Shown in pieces: positions 12,350 through 25,560 of a DNA stretch of 64,000 bases; position 1 is the stretch's first letter, and each line of letters opens with the position of its first letter. The notes beneath the pieces are model-generated. The model saw nothing but the letters and a program-made list of their open reading frames with translations. It was not told the origin of the DNA and ran no database searches. Location of the stretch: NCBI RefSeq assembly GCF_036321535.1, contig NC_087437.1:49540001-49604000 (forward strand), read 5' to 3'. A program made the translations under genes and the position numbers. The DNA is from Camelus dromedarius. Taxonomy: Eukaryota.

Positions 12350-13120
12350 AAAACTTGTCATTCTGAAAATGTCTTTTTTTTTCCCTACCATCATACCTGG
12401 TGAAGGTTTGGTTAGATATAAAATTCCATGTTAGTAATCATTTTCCTTTAGAATTTTGAAGGCTTTACTCCATTGCTTTCTAGTTCTAGTGTTGCTATCA
12501 AGAAATCTTAAGATCTTTTATTGTGACTTGTTTTTTTTTTTCCTCTTTAGAACCTTGTAAGATCTTTTTTCATCCCAATGATATTCTATTTTTCTATAAT
12601 ATGTTTTAGTATCGGGTTGTTTTCATCCTTTTTGCTGAATACTCAGTAAGTCCTTTTGAATCTGAAAACTCATGTTCTGTCTACTAGGAAAAATTTTTAA
12701 ATTCTTTTATTGTAATTCTTACCTTCCATTTTATTTGTCTTTCTGGAACTTCTATTCTTTGGATATTATACCTCTTGTCTTTTCTTTCCTGTTTTCTATC
12801 TCTTTTATCTTTAGGTCTTTTTGCTTTATTTTCTGGAACAATTTTATCTTCCAACCCTGCTCCTCTGTTTTTTTATACTTTTGATTTCCAGTAATTCTTC
12901 TTTTGTTTTCTAAATGTTCACTAAAAAATAATATTCCATCATAGTTTCATAATTGCCATGTTTTATCTGATAGTATTAATTTTTTTAGCTTTCTTTTCAT
13001 CGATAATCTTTGTTTCATTCAAATTCCCATTTTCCTTCCATTTGTTTGACACTGTTTTAACCTTAGAGCCTTTTCTGAGCAGTCTGTCAGCCTTGCCTGT
13101 CTGCTCATATCTAAGTGACT
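12350..13120 (-). mobile_element. Old L1 (L1M/L1ME) fragment
   Basis: T-rich antisense L1M-like text TCTGAAAATGTCTTT...TTTAGAATTTTGAAGG...TCCATTGCTTTCTAG. Confidence 0.65.
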
Positions 13121-15094
13121 GGGGGCTTGTAGATTGAGGTTCACTGGGAGGCCATGTGGCTAAACTTTCTACTTGGGGAACTCTAGAGTCAGTGTCTTCA
13201 GATTTTTTTTCCTTTTGAGTTGCCAGAGAAAATGCTTCCATCTTTGGGTTAGAGGGTAAAGGCGTGGCAGGAGCTGAGTGGAGAAAGAGCACTGGTGATG
13301 TATGTGCTGGTGCGGTGTGTGCGCCAGTGTGATGTGTGTATATGTGTGGGTTGTTCTCAAGAATAAACCTTCAGTCTTTTGCAAGTAGGGGAGGAGTGGA
13401 CCCCTAGCTATGCAGGTACAGGGAGGGATCTGGAGCCCCCTAGAAAAAACAATATTTATTTAAAAAATAATATTGAGCATTTTTCCTAATTAAAGGCAAA
13501 TATTTATGAAAAGTAGAAAAATTATAAAGTAGACCCAGGCAAAAAAAAAAAAAAAAAAAGAAGAAAATAAAACTAATTTCAATATCCAAAGATAACTACT
13601 GGTAACTTTTTGATGTATTTCCTTCTAATCTTTTTACCTGTGTGTGCACTTACATGTGTTCCACTTGTTTTATTTTTTCAAGCAAAGTTGTGGTGATACA
13701 ATGAATATTCCTAATTGCTTTCTGCTTACCAATAGGAGATGTTTCAGGAAAGGCTTTTAAGGAATGTTATCAGCTTTCTGTTGGTAAATGTCTCTTGAAA
13801 TCAAATAGCAAAAGTGACTAAATTAGTAAGCCAGTCCTGAATTTAGAGTCAAATCCTGCCCATGTCCCCATGTACACATTTTAACCCAAGTTAGTTAGCA
13901 GGAGAAGGGAAATCTTCAGTGAAAAGAAGTAAAATATTCTTAAACCCAGCAGAGAGTTTTAGGAAATGCACTTGGTAGCATCTTTAATTCAGCCCTTTTG
14001 GTTAGCAACATCAATAGTTGAAAGTGTCAGGAACTCACAGTGAGAGAAAAAAAAAAAAGAATTAATTTGTTATCAAAAAGTAATAGGATGAGGCCTTGCT
14101 AACTCAATTCCATTGTTCTGTGGAATTAACTTCAACATTGCCTTGACCTAAAGTCAAACAGGGTCAGAACACATTGGGCATAAAAGAAATGCATGTTTCC
14201 TGATACATGGGTGAGGGCCTCAGGTTTTGACTCCTTTTTTGATTTGGTGAATCTCTCGTCCTTCATTTACCCCATCCCCCAACCCTGCCCACCCCCAACA
14301 GAACAAAACCTTGTCTTGCTAATATGTCAGTAGAGGAACTCACTAAAGTAGACGTGGCAGGTTAAATATCCTTCTGGGTGTTAATCACATGAAACCTATT
14401 TGGGGGGTTTTGTCAATTGTATATTCTAACCAGGGCTGCCGGGACCTGCTCTTCCTCATGCTTTGCTTTTACTTTTTCCTAAAGAGTTATTTATGCTTTA
14501 TAGCAATTGTGTACAGCTTTCTGTGAATAGATAATTGGACTTGTCAAGAATGTCCCCATCGAGGATGAAGTTTATCAAGAATAGGTTTATTAATCACAAG
14601 GGATAAGGGGATGCTTGCCCTTAATAAGGGTCTCAAAAGCACACTGTTCAAAATGCAAAAGATCCAAAACTACTGTGGCGGTGTTCTGCATGGTGTCATG
14701 TCTGGTGTGAGTACCACACACTGGTGTGTTCTAGAGACAGTTGTAGTCACCTCACCTTAGATCATCCTTTGAGGCCCTCACCTTTCTTCTTTCCCACATT
14801 TTCTTCCACTCTCGTTTTTCTTCCTGATCACCTGTGCTCTGGACCAGCTAATGGAAGATCCTCAGGGCTCAACCAACTGTTGATACTAAATGGAGCATCT
14901 TTTTGAGGTAACTCTGATGGAAAGAGAGTAATTGGAAGATAATTCTAGCTGATCATTGTTTATCCTTTTTACCTTGGGCAAGTCTCTTGTGCCTTTCAAA
15001 CTTGTCTGCTTTGTTTCTCTTGGTCTCCCAATGTCCCGGGAGGCCTCCATTAGTTGGGAAGTGCTTTTCATTCTTTGTCACTTTGATGTCACTA

Positions 15095-15350
15095 AGTCAT
15101 GAAGTCAGAATCCATGTGACCTTCAGCAGGTTACTTAACTGCTCTATGCCTCTGTTTCCTCATCTGTACTGTGATGACAATAGTAGAAACTATCTCATAG
15201 AGCTGTAGTGAAGAATCATTTATTCATCCATCCACCCATTAGTTATTGAGCCCCTTTTATGTTCTAGGAGTTGTTTTTATTGAATGAGATAATTTACACC
15301 CAGTGCTTAACACAGTGCCTCGCATATTAAGAACGCTTACTGAGTGCTAG
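15095..15350 (+). mobile_element. MIR SINE interrupted by a short L2-like segment
   Basis: TGTGACCTTCAGCAGGTTACTTAACTGCTCTATGCCTCTGTTTCCTCATCTGTA...GTGCTTAACACAGTGCCT. Confidence 0.8.
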
Positions 15351-16599
15351 CAAACAGCATTCTCACACAGAAACTGCTTCATCCTATTATTAATATTACC
15401 ATTGATAGAAAATATCGGAATATTTTCAACTCTATGAGTACCTTGATGTGCATGCACAAAAAAAAAGAAATAAAAAAATAAAGCAGACGTATTTTGTCTC
15501 TTCCGCCCATCTGTGAGCTCTTGAAGTCTGGCTGGAACACATCTTATTCAGGTAACATTTCTCCAGTGCAGATCACAAGGCCTGGGCCAGGGTGGGGGCC
15601 TAATAAGTGTTGAATGAATCTGAATGTGACCTCCATTTTTCAGATTGAGTTTAGAACTGAACGCAATGTTAATTCAGAAGAAGCCTTTGAGAGGAACTCA
15701 CTTATGAGCAGGGATTAGGGGTGGTTGGAATTACAATGCAAATACTCTCTGCTTTCTTCTTCTTTTTTTGATGAGTGGGCCATTAGGCAACACCAAGTTC
15801 TCTTCGATAGTTTTAAATCGGTGACTGAGACAATAACGTGGAAGTCATGCCTGGCATATTTACAGAAGGTGGACACCTGGGAGGAATAGTAGTGGGCCTT
15901 CTTCTTGCCACTGGCCTGTCCGTCCCTCTGTCTTGGGGGTTAAGAAGGTGGAGCTGCACCTTGTCTTGCCCTTTCACAACCTCCCTTGCCCTGCACCGCG
16001 CATCACATGCGGTGCTCCAAGGCCTCCCTCTACAAACACTAGCTCATCACAAACGACCACCTACGTCCTGGTCCTGGCCGCTGGGCCTTTTCCCCACTGT
16101 CTAAGTTCAACCAATCCCCTTCTCACACTGGCATTCAGGTTTCCTCTTCCCAGTTCAGGTCAATTATCCCTAATTGGGGGGCAATTATCCTGGCTCTGAA
16201 GCAAAGAATAAGTAGGAGGAACAGTCAAAAAGAAGAAATGATGCCATGAAAGGGCTGCAGGAGACTGGGTAGGAAGGACAAGGGAAAATCGAAGCAAGGA
16301 GGCAATGATGGGGACAAAGCTTCCACCAGTTTGCACAGAAAAGTTAAAAAAAAGAAAGGAAAAGATAAGAAAAGAAAAGAAAAGAACATCCAACCAAACA
16401 GTGTCTGGAACTTTTCATAAAGTTAAATGTATTTAATTATTTGACTCTGAGATTATGAGCTCGCCACAGTTTTTGTGTTAGCAGGTTCTGTCTTTAATGA
16501 GTTGATGGCAGTGAAATAAAGAGTTGGTAAGTTGGTTCATAATTTTATTATTATTTTTTTTTAAATGAAATTGTATTGGTCTGGGAAATTCCAATGCCT

Positions 16600-16797
16600 G
16601 GCAGAGAGGTTAAGGATCTTTAATGGCTTCGGAGTCTAGGCTTAAACACTACTTGGGCAAGTGACTTAACATTTTGGGTTTCAATTTCCTCACCTGAAAA
16701 TAATAATCAGTGCCTCACGGAGATTAAGAAGACAATGAAAGGCACGTGCTTCGCACATCAAGAACATAGGGCTCAGTAATGTTAGCTTTTATTATGA
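16600..16797 (+). mobile_element. MIR SINE
   Basis: CTTGGGCAAGTGACTTAAC...TTTCCTCACCTGAAAA...CTCAGTAATGTTAGCT. Confidence 0.75.
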
Positions 16798-16959
16798 TTA
16801 ATACAATGATAAAAGGAATTCACTTGCACTTGGGTACTTGTTAAGGTCTACAGGGCCAGAGTAATGTGTTGGGTCAGGTTTTAAGTGTTGGCAATCTGGC
16901 AAACAATTGTGAACACTGGGTTGAATTTTCTCTAGTGTAACTGGACGAGCAATGGGCAT

Positions 16960-17140
16960 GGTGGCAGGTCTGTGTTCTATCCCAGTACTATGATGTTCTA
17001 GCAGAGTGACCTCGGGCAGTTGACATCTGAGTCTCATTGTTCCCTCATCTATAAGACGGGCATAGTAATGCTTACCCTGCGGTGTTCCTTGGGGGGCACT
17101 GTGGTCAATCATTGGTAATCGTAATGGCCCAGCACAGCAT
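16960..17140 (+). mobile_element. MIR SINE
   Basis: GTGACCTCGGGCAG...CCTCATCTATAAGACGGG. Confidence 0.65.
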
Positions 17141-17154
17141 GTAGTTGTTGGCAT

Positions 17155-17315
17155 AATTAATCCTCACAATAACCCTTTAAGGCAGGTTATTTTATTACCC
17201 CCAATTTAAACACTGTAAGAAAACTTAAAATAAGTAACTTGCCCAAGGTCAACCAAGTGGCAGAACCCTGAACCCAGACTGGCTTCAAAGGCCACTGTCT
17301 TAACCACTAAGCAAC
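17155..17315 (-). mobile_element. MIR SINE
   Basis: TTAATCCTCACAATAACCCT...AAGTAACTTGCCCAAGGTCA. Confidence 0.75.
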
Positions 17316-17824
17316 ACTCTAAGGATGAAGGTGCCATGTGGACACGCACACAAGGGAATCAGTTTGAGGAGGAAATGAAAATCACAAAGGTAACATCTAT
17401 TTGCAGAAGGAAACTTTTTTTTTTCCTAGTGTGTATTTTCTTTGTATTTCTGAGGGGCCATAATTTGAATTTGTTATATTTTTATATGCACACATAGTAA
17501 GCATTTAATAAACATTTGTTTGCTGAGTCATGACCCAATTTGGGATTAACGTACAAGCCTAAAATAAGGACTAAGGCACTATCTCTGCCCTCAGAGGCAG
17601 CCGGTCACTAGGGGAGAGGGACACAACCACATTCTAGGGAGATAAGCTTCAGAGGTGCACTTGAGGGCCCAGAGTTGGAGCACTTGACCGGGGTGAGGGA
17701 GGTGTAAAAGACAGGCTGAGGAGGGGTGGCCAGGGAACTTTTCTCAAAAGAACTGTCTCCAGAGCTGAGTAGGAGTTGGCCACGTGAAGGTGAGATGGTG
17801 AGATAAAGAAGAGCCTTCCAGGCC

Positions 17825-18130
17825 AGAGGGTGCAATTGGCAGTTCGATTTTGTCTGGCAGATGTGTTTTGATTATTCACAATTGAATTGAGGGGGAGGGT
17901 AGAGCTCAGTGGTAGCATGCATGCTTAGCATGCATGAGGTCCTGGGTTCAATCCCCAGTACCTCCATCCAAAAAAAAAGTGGGAGACACAACTGAATTAT
18001 TCGCCAACATTTAGAGTTTGGAAGATTTCACATAAATATAAAGATTTCTGCATTCTCTTGAAAAATGGGAAGATCTAGAGACCCTGGGCCCACATTCCTT
18101 CCAGATCACAACACCGGACCTGGGTATGGG
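17825..18130. mobile_element. hAT DNA transposon remnant (MER102-like), interrupted by a SINE
   Basis: GCCAACATTTAGAGTTTGGAAGATTTCACATAAA...TTCTCTTGAAAAATGGGAAGATCT...CTGGGCCCACATTCC. Confidence 0.7.
17891..17978 (+). mobile_element. Camelid tRNA-derived SINE (Vic-1-like), short form
   Basis: A and B boxes plus poly(A); near-TSD CACAATTGAATT (17877-17888) / CACAACTGAATT (17987-17998). Confidence 0.93.
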
Positions 18131-18452
18131 CCGCCCCACTGAAAAGGAGAGCTCCCTAGTATCGTAGCTGCAAGCTAGTTTTCTAGTCCTCTTTGCAACT
18201 GCTTAGCTGTAAAGTTTCTGACATACAGCTTCTGAAGCGGGGCCAAGTAAACAGATGAATAATCTTAATGGATTCATAGGTGGCCAGTTGATTACATTAA
18301 ATGACAACAGAGTAATTATGAGGACTGCTGTGGTAAGAACTATTTCTTCTTCTTCTTTTTTTTTTTTTGATTCATTTTCCAGCTCAGATGAGGGGGGAGT
18401 TTTGTTTCTTACCTTAATTTAAAGCTTAAATGTGAAATTTGTATGCTTTAAA

Positions 18453-18583
18453 ACAGTGATCCTCAAGTTTTGCTGCTTTTAAAAATAGAGAGGCTATTTA
18501 TAGCAAACCCAGGCATCCAAATGGTTTTAAAAAACTTGCCAGGTGACTCTGTGGAGCAGATAATTTTGAGAACCAGAGGTCTA
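18453..18583. mobile_element. MER5-like hAT MITE remnant
   Basis: CAGTGATCCTCAAG...CCAGGTGACTCTG...TTTGAGAACCA termini. Confidence 0.55.
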
Positions 18584-18961
18584 GTGTCTGCCTTTTCCTT
18601 TTGCTTAGTCTCCCTGAAGCCCTGGCTTGTCTCCAGTAAGTTGCAGGTCAGTGACGGTCCTGTTTTCCAGAACTTCAATTTTCAGACCCCAGGAAAGGAG
18701 ATCCAGCTTGATGACTGTGCGGGTTGGTCCCTCTGATTCAAAGAAAAGCCCAGCTCTAAACTCCAGGGAGAAACAAACTTTGCATGTTGAAGAGACTTGC
18801 TGCTTTTTGGCACCTGAAGCATATTTACCTGAGGGTTCTGACAATTTAAATAATTGGTTTGCTGTAACTCTTCTGGCTGGCAGAAGTGTGGTTTAATGTC
18901 AATGAGTTGTAAAAACATGTAACAAACAGGAATCAGACTATGATATCTGGATTAAGAAGAT

Positions 18962-19051
18962 AAAAAGGAAAAAAGAGAGAGGAGGAGGAAGGAAGAAAGG
19001 AAGGAAGAAGGAAGGAAAAGAGGAAGGAAGGGAGGAAGGCAGGCAGGCAGG
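18962..19051 (+). repeat. Polypurine (GGAA/GAA)-rich tract followed by (GGCA)n
   Basis: Uninterrupted purines at 18962-19039, then GGCA repeats. Confidence 0.9.
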
Positions 19052-20662
19052 TGGCAGAAAAAGCAAGCAAGTTAAGCCAGTTCCCTCATTTGATTCCACT
19101 GACTTAACATTTTAATCAGGTTTCTTCCTTCAGGATAGCAACTTAGTGACCACGGCCCCATTTCCAGATGTCCCGGGTTTTTGGGAAGACTGACATATAA
19201 GACACAGTGTGCACGATTTAACTTGTTTCAGCATAAACTAAAGCAGTTTTTCAAGTAGTATTTCTGTGAAAAAGAATAGCTGAAAAATACTCCCAACTAT
19301 CTAAACTCAAATCTATAATTTTGACCAAAGCAATGAATTCTCAAGTCCCCAAGAGGCAGCACCAGTGGAAACCATAGCCTCCACCCACAAATACAGCGAT
19401 TCGCTGCAGCAGTGCTTCTAGGCTAACACACAAATGGCTCATTGCCTAAGAATGAAGAGCGAAGACTTCCTGAACGTCCTTCTTTTCCCTCTTAATCATT
19501 TCATGTCTTGGAGCTAAAGTGTCTTTCTGTGAGCCTTAAGATGAAAAATATACGAGTCACACGTTTGGCCATTCTAACTTCTCTGCTAAGACACAGTATT
19601 TGGATGCAACTCGTTTCTGAGGCAGATCACACGCACACCTGTTTGATCCTTGAAGACGAGTCAGGATAATGTCTTCCCTGGGGAGACTTGGCAGTCGCTG
19701 GTTGACTAAAGAACTTTTGGAGCTAATCAGAACATTGAGTTGTCTTCAGCTTTAAAAATGATTTTGTTTTAACATATGTTAGCTGAAGCAAAAAATAATA
19801 CAGTAGGAGCTATGCGTCTATCAGGGTGACTGACAGATTGAAATTCTCTGGAAAAATAGATTATTTTCCCTCAAAGAGAGTAAAGTTTTGGTTTTCAAAG
19901 TCAATCAGAAAACTAACAATTTGGACAGGAGAGGAATCAGCTTCTCTTTCTGAGACAGTATATTTCTAATGATTTTTATGGAGACTATAATAAGGATCAA
20001 GAAACAAAAGCTTGATATGGACATGTTTTTAGCTAGCAGATTGAAAGGAATAATGGCATGAAATAAAGTGGGTTTTTTAATGCTGACAAAGTTCTCATTC
20101 TTTTATATTGTCTGAAATAAAATTGATAAATGAAAAAAATCTGTAACAGTTCAGTTCTCCAATACTAGCTATGTTTTTCTGCAGGTAAGACTTTATCATA
20201 GATACTTTCCTTTGTATATTTTTTTTTAATTTGGGGAGAAGATTCAAGTTTATGTAGCAATCTTCCAAATACACAGTATGTATGATATATGTATATGTAG
20301 TATTGAAAATTATATTTTAATGACAAGAAGCCTTCTTGATACTCAGATGTCAACATAAAATTTAGAATGTGGTGGTTTATCTTAGCAGTGCTGCTTCTAA
20401 TACCACAGAGGCAAATATACTTAAGAAGACACTTTAAACACTTAGTATATTTGTAGAAATATCAGAATTTTTTGATAAGGAAAGGCAAAACTCTGACATT
20501 TCTGACTGCCTCGTAGCCTTTAATCTCTTTCTATAAAAAGGCTTGAGTCCAAAATAGGTCAGCATGTGGAAGAAAGTTTCAAATGCAAACAGTACTCTTT
20601 CTTATTCCTTCTCAAGTGTGAACTCTTACCTTGATGGTCTCTGAAACACCAGCATACTTTTT

Positions 20663-20789
20663 TTTTTCCCCCAGAGAGAGGTAATTAGATTTGCTTATTT
20701 ATTTTTTTGATAGAGGTACTGGGGATTGAACCCAGGACCTCGTGCATGCAAGGCATGTACTCTACTATTGAGCTATATGCTCCCCTCCG
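20663..20789 (-). mobile_element. Camelid tRNA-derived SINE (Vic-1-like), long form, with 14-bp TSD
   Basis: CCAGCATACTTTTT at 20649-20662 and 20790-20803 flanks the SINE body. Confidence 0.95.
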
Positions 20790-20929
20790 CCAGCATACTT
20801 TTTGTGTAGTCTCTATAGAACCCTTCCTTAAAGTCCTTGGGGTACCTCTGTCCTCTCTCTCATCCCTGAGAGGAACATGACTTTTCTAACCAATGGTGCT
20901 GTTACCCACATTCTACAACATTTTTGTCC

Positions 20930-21250
20930 TGTCAGGCCTTAAGCCCGCCCCTCCCTTCTCCAGCTGACTAACTCCACGCTCAATTCAGGTGTCATGGGCT
21001 CCTTTTCAGGGGACCCCCCCCCGACCACCCCTCCCCAGACAAAGTCTGGGTTAATACTTCCTCTCCAGGCTCCCCTGGCACCTGCGTCTAGTTGGAGTCA
21101 TGGTCTGCATTTGCCTATGGCAATTCTTCGTTCCTCGCCTTTCTTTCTAGACTGTCCATGAAGGCTGCTTTGTTCACAGTGTGTTCACAGTGCCCCAGAC
21201 AGTGCCTGGCAATAGTAGCACCCAATTAACAGTAGCAGAATGAATAAGTA
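20930..21250 (+). mobile_element. L2 3' end
   Basis: CTAGACTGT...TTTGTTCACAG...ACAGTGCCTGGCAATAGTAG...GAATGAAT. Confidence 0.7.
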
Positions 21251-24200
21251 AACGAAAGGTCTAAACAAGAATTCTCAAATGATAGTGGTGCAACAGAGCT
21301 ACGGGTCGGGAACACCTTAGTGGAATCTGGTTAGCAGGTTGGTTAGCAATGCCGTCTCTTTCATGTGAAATGGGGAAGGAGACACCAGTGGTCCGCATGT
21401 TAAGCTTTGGAAGCAATTTCCTTTAAATCTGTCTCTCTCTTTCATCTCCATTTAAGAGCCTCCCTGGATCTATAATAGACAAGACTATAAAAGCATCATT
21501 CTCTTTCCCATCCATCCTGTTTACTCAGCAAGCCCAGCCCCCGCCTTCGCCTCAGCCCACATGTTCTCTATTAATAAGCGTTCGGAGAGGCCAACCTCAC
21601 CCAGCACTGTTTCCCCCCTTTCTTTTCTGCTCGGGAAGGCCTCAGCCAACTGCCAGAACTCATGAGTGAAAGGTTCAGAAGCTCTTGGGAGCTTCTGGGG
21701 GAGGGTGAAGACAAAGGTGATGTCTGGGCCTCCAGTGTCTCTGAGACCCAAGTGGCCTCAAGTGTTTTCAAACCAGCAAGCAGCTCACTTAGAATATGGT
21801 GATAAGCCATGGCTGTCATTTGGGGGAAATTTAGAGGCACATTTTTAAGGAGTAAACATATTTACTATAACTGGAAATAGGGCCAAATTCTGTGCCTTCG
21901 GAAAAATCAGTAAAGCAGACACACCCTTGTGCCTTCTAAGTGAATTAACGTACTGTATTCCATTGGAGAGCCATTCCTCTCTTCATCTTTAATTCCTGCC
22001 CCGAGGAGCCGTCTGTACTTGGAGGGTCTGTGCACAGGATAACGCACTGTGGACCGAGGACCTTCGTGCTCTGCCCTCGATGAATGACCCTTTCATAAAC
22101 TGAGGGCTCCCTCTGATTTTCTGACTAACCAGAGCTTAGCTGGGCCTAGAAACTTCGAGGCCCCCAAAACTGCAGAAAGGTTCACACAAATGTAAAAACA
22201 AAATGCAATGAATGGGTGAATTTTCTAGTTTTTGTTGTCATTGTTGATGTGGTTTTTGTTGTTTTTAATCCATGAATGGCATATATTAACGCCATGTATC
22301 AACCCGCAATACACTGTTATTCTCCTCAGGATCTCATGCTTACCTTTGATAAAAACAGATTAAAAGTTCAAGGTATTTTTGGGCTTTGGGGGAGGGGTGG
22401 TGTATGAATTCTTCTTTCAGTAAAGTCCTAGAGTCCAGGAAGAGTTAATACCTTCATAAGGTGAATGGTATATTTCCTTCTTACCAAGGGCCCAGGCCCA
22501 ATGCTTGATTTAGAAAAAACAATCAATTAAGTAGCTGGAGTCATGCTGTCCATCAATATGATTGACAGTCAACTATACCAATCAATGAACTTATTTACAT
22601 TTGAATCTCTTCCTTGTTTTGTATAGTCTTTTGGAGACTCTTTTTCTCGTAAGATTTTTACTTTATTATTTACTGTTTATACATTGTATATGCCCATTGT
22701 TGAAAAAAATTAGAAAGTATAAAAAAAGGCATAATGAAGGTGAAAAAAACCCAGAATGTTACCACCCAGAGACAAACAGAGACCATTAACATAATGGCCT
22801 GTTTCCCTGGAGAATTTTTTCAAGCCTACTTTTTGATTCCTGCCTGCCCTGCTTCGGAAATGCTTTTTTCTTTCCCCAGTATTTTTGCCAACAAAAGAGA
22901 ATCCTTGTTGAGGCCCATCTGAATGTGAATAAAACTGTCCAGCTGCTGGTTCTCATGTGGCACATAGTAGGCACACAGGAAAACTTTGCTAATGTGATTG
23001 ATGGTTTCCAGAGACACAGTGAACTAATTCATCAGCTGGACCACATGAGATATGAAATTGAAAGCGAGTTAGAAAGAACCACATGCTATAGAAATGTTAA
23101 TAAGTATGTTTTTTAAATAGTTGCTCAGCAGTTGGGATGAAGAAACAAAATTAAAGAAGAGGAAAGTTACTGAACTCGTTTTTTCTCACCAGAACACTTG
23201 TGAAGGGTAAACTCTGGGAAGCCATGGGGCCGCAGACTATTCTGAAATCCAAGCTTATGCATTTGGTTTCCACATTATATGTCGCCTAAACCTACTCAAA
23301 GTCTCCATTAAGGACTGAGAAAATAGCCTTTATTTTATACAGAATAAAATTTGGGGTTCTGAATTTCTAATTCATGCCTCTTATTTAAGTTCCCACACAA
23401 AACCTAGCATTCAAGTTTTTGCAGCACCTCCACTGTGTTTCAGCATATCCTTTTCAGATCATTCACCAGACAGCATCCTACAGCTCTCATTCATAAAGTC
23501 CAATTATAAGACAAGAAATGTCAGGAATATACACTTTGAGAGTGGGAGGCAAACAGAACAGTACATTGTGACTTTGTAAGAACAGCCATGCATTTCCTCT
23601 GGGCTTGTTTTCAGTTCCTTTGTCAGCTGATTACATGGTCTTTTATAATTTCTCATCTACAGAATGGAGCTATTTGCTTGTGGATTATTTGAAAGACACA
23701 GCCTTATGCAAAAGAAAAACGAAGTCATCGTGAGGTAGAATGATATTTCTGTCTTGATGTTTTTGCTTTTCTTTTTCTTTTTTCACCTAATTATGTGAAG
23801 GTAATTTATAATAGTGACCCTTTAGATGTATGAAACAAGTAAATATTCTATTAATTCAGCCTTAATGCATATGTAGTGGTATATAGGCATTTGTTATTTA
23901 TATAATTATATTTATCAATAATTTTATTTATTTTCCTATAAAGAAGAGTGTTATTTTACATGCATTTTGTTTTCAAAGCACACAAATTTTCAAAGCATAC
24001 GCATTGTGCTTTTTGAGTCCCAGAATGGTCTTTTTAGTTTAGACAGTACTTTATAGTTTACAAAGTGCTCTTATTATATGTTATGTTACTTAATTCTCAT
24101 AACACTCCCCAAATGTAAAACTGGCCAAAGTACTTTGGACTTTCAATCCTCATCTGTGGCTTTACTCTTCCATGTAGCCCCATAGGGAAGTTTCCTCTCT

Positions 24201-24563
24201 TCTCTCCCTTATATCCCTTTACTTGCTAACTTTCTGAGACTTAGCTCAGGGTTGCCTCCTTCATGAAAACTTTCCCCAGTAAATTAAGTAGACCTCTTCT
24301 CCTCATTGTGTCCCTTCACCACTATATAAATTTAATTTTCATGGGAAGTTAAAAAAAAGTCTAGTTACGTTTAAAACTTCACACTGCACATAACTAGATT
24401 CTTGTAAAAATATTATAAATGCTTGTAGCTTTATGAGTCAGTAACCACTTACATAAAAAGTTAAAAACAAACAAAAACTTGTATCCTCCCATGCTAGTAT
24501 GTATAAGTCTTCTGGATTCTTTTGAAATATTGTATCATATTTCATAGGATGAGTGTTCTATAC

Positions 24564-24760
24564 CAGCACTGTTCAACTGAATTTTCTGTGATGATGGAAA
24601 TTTCTGTAACCGCCCAATCTGACATGGTCATCACTAGTCCCATGTGGCAACTGAGCACTTTAAATATGGCTAGTGAAACCGAGGACCTGAATTTTAAATT
24701 AAATTAAATTTAAATTTAAATAACCATATGTGGCTGGTGGTTATCATATACAAAGGGCAG
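24564..24760. mobile_element. MER3 (hAT-Charlie MITE)
   Basis: CAGCACTGTTCAA...TTTCTGTGATGATGGAAAT...CATGTGGCAACTGAGCACTT...TTAAATTTAAAT...TGTGGCTGGTGG. Confidence 0.85.
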
Positions 24761-25339
24761 ATTTATACTTTATTTTAAAATGTTTTGCTAGTCATTTAGA
24801 TTATTTCCAATTTCCTCATACATATATACAATTTCCTTACAACGCTTATAACTAAGTGTTGTCAACAAAGTAAAGTATAAGAACAAAAAGGAATTATTTT
24901 TGCCTTCTTATGTGTATTAATTCTTGAGAAGCTTGCATTCATTCTAGTGCAGCCTTCTTTGAAGTTCTGTAAGAAGTTGTTGCATCAAGTAGGTAAAGGA
25001 TACGTACACTAAAGACACTTTCTATATGAAATAATGCTTTAAAATATGCAGGAAATGAAAATATTGATGTCAGTGTTTATTATAAGAGTAAAATATTGGA
25101 ATCAGTCCTATATCCAACAGAGGGGAATTGACTTCAGTATTTCATGATCTTCCATATATAAAATGAAGGGCAAGGCCTTCATTAGAAATGATGATGAAGT
25201 TGTAATTTATTGTGATGAAAATAAGTCTACGATATATTTTCAAGTGAGAAAAAAGGTTGCTAGATACTATTCGTAATACGGTTCCTTTTTCATACATATA
25301 GGTGCCCATATTTAAGTTTTGGTTTAGTGGTGAGTCCGT

Positions 25340-25560
25340 ATACCTGGTTGAGAACATGGTCTTTGGGAGCAGACCGATCTAGTCTGTGTCTAGGCTGCAT
25401 CACTTCATCCCAGTGCCTTTGGACAAGTGTCTCACGTCTCTGAACTCTGGTTTCCTCATTGCTAAAATGGGAGGTTAATATTTCTATCCTATGATTGACA
25501 TGTTAAATAACATATGTAAAGTGCTTAGTACTTATGTGGTATTTAATACATGGCAGTTGT
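25340..25560 (+). mobile_element. MIR SINE
   Basis: CCTTTGGACAAG...TCTCTGAACTCTGGTTTCCTCATTGCTAAAATGGG...TGTAAAGTGCTTAG. Confidence 0.75.

Noticed and set aside
15644..15718. Acceptor followed by the short frame IEFRTERNVNSEEAFERNSLMSRD-stop
   Set aside because: Peptide not recognised, and no linked exon or poly(A) evidence.
22330..23734. Exon-shaped segments at 22330-22372 and about 23663-23734
   Set aside because: Weak donors (GTATTT, GTAGAA) and unrecognised peptides.
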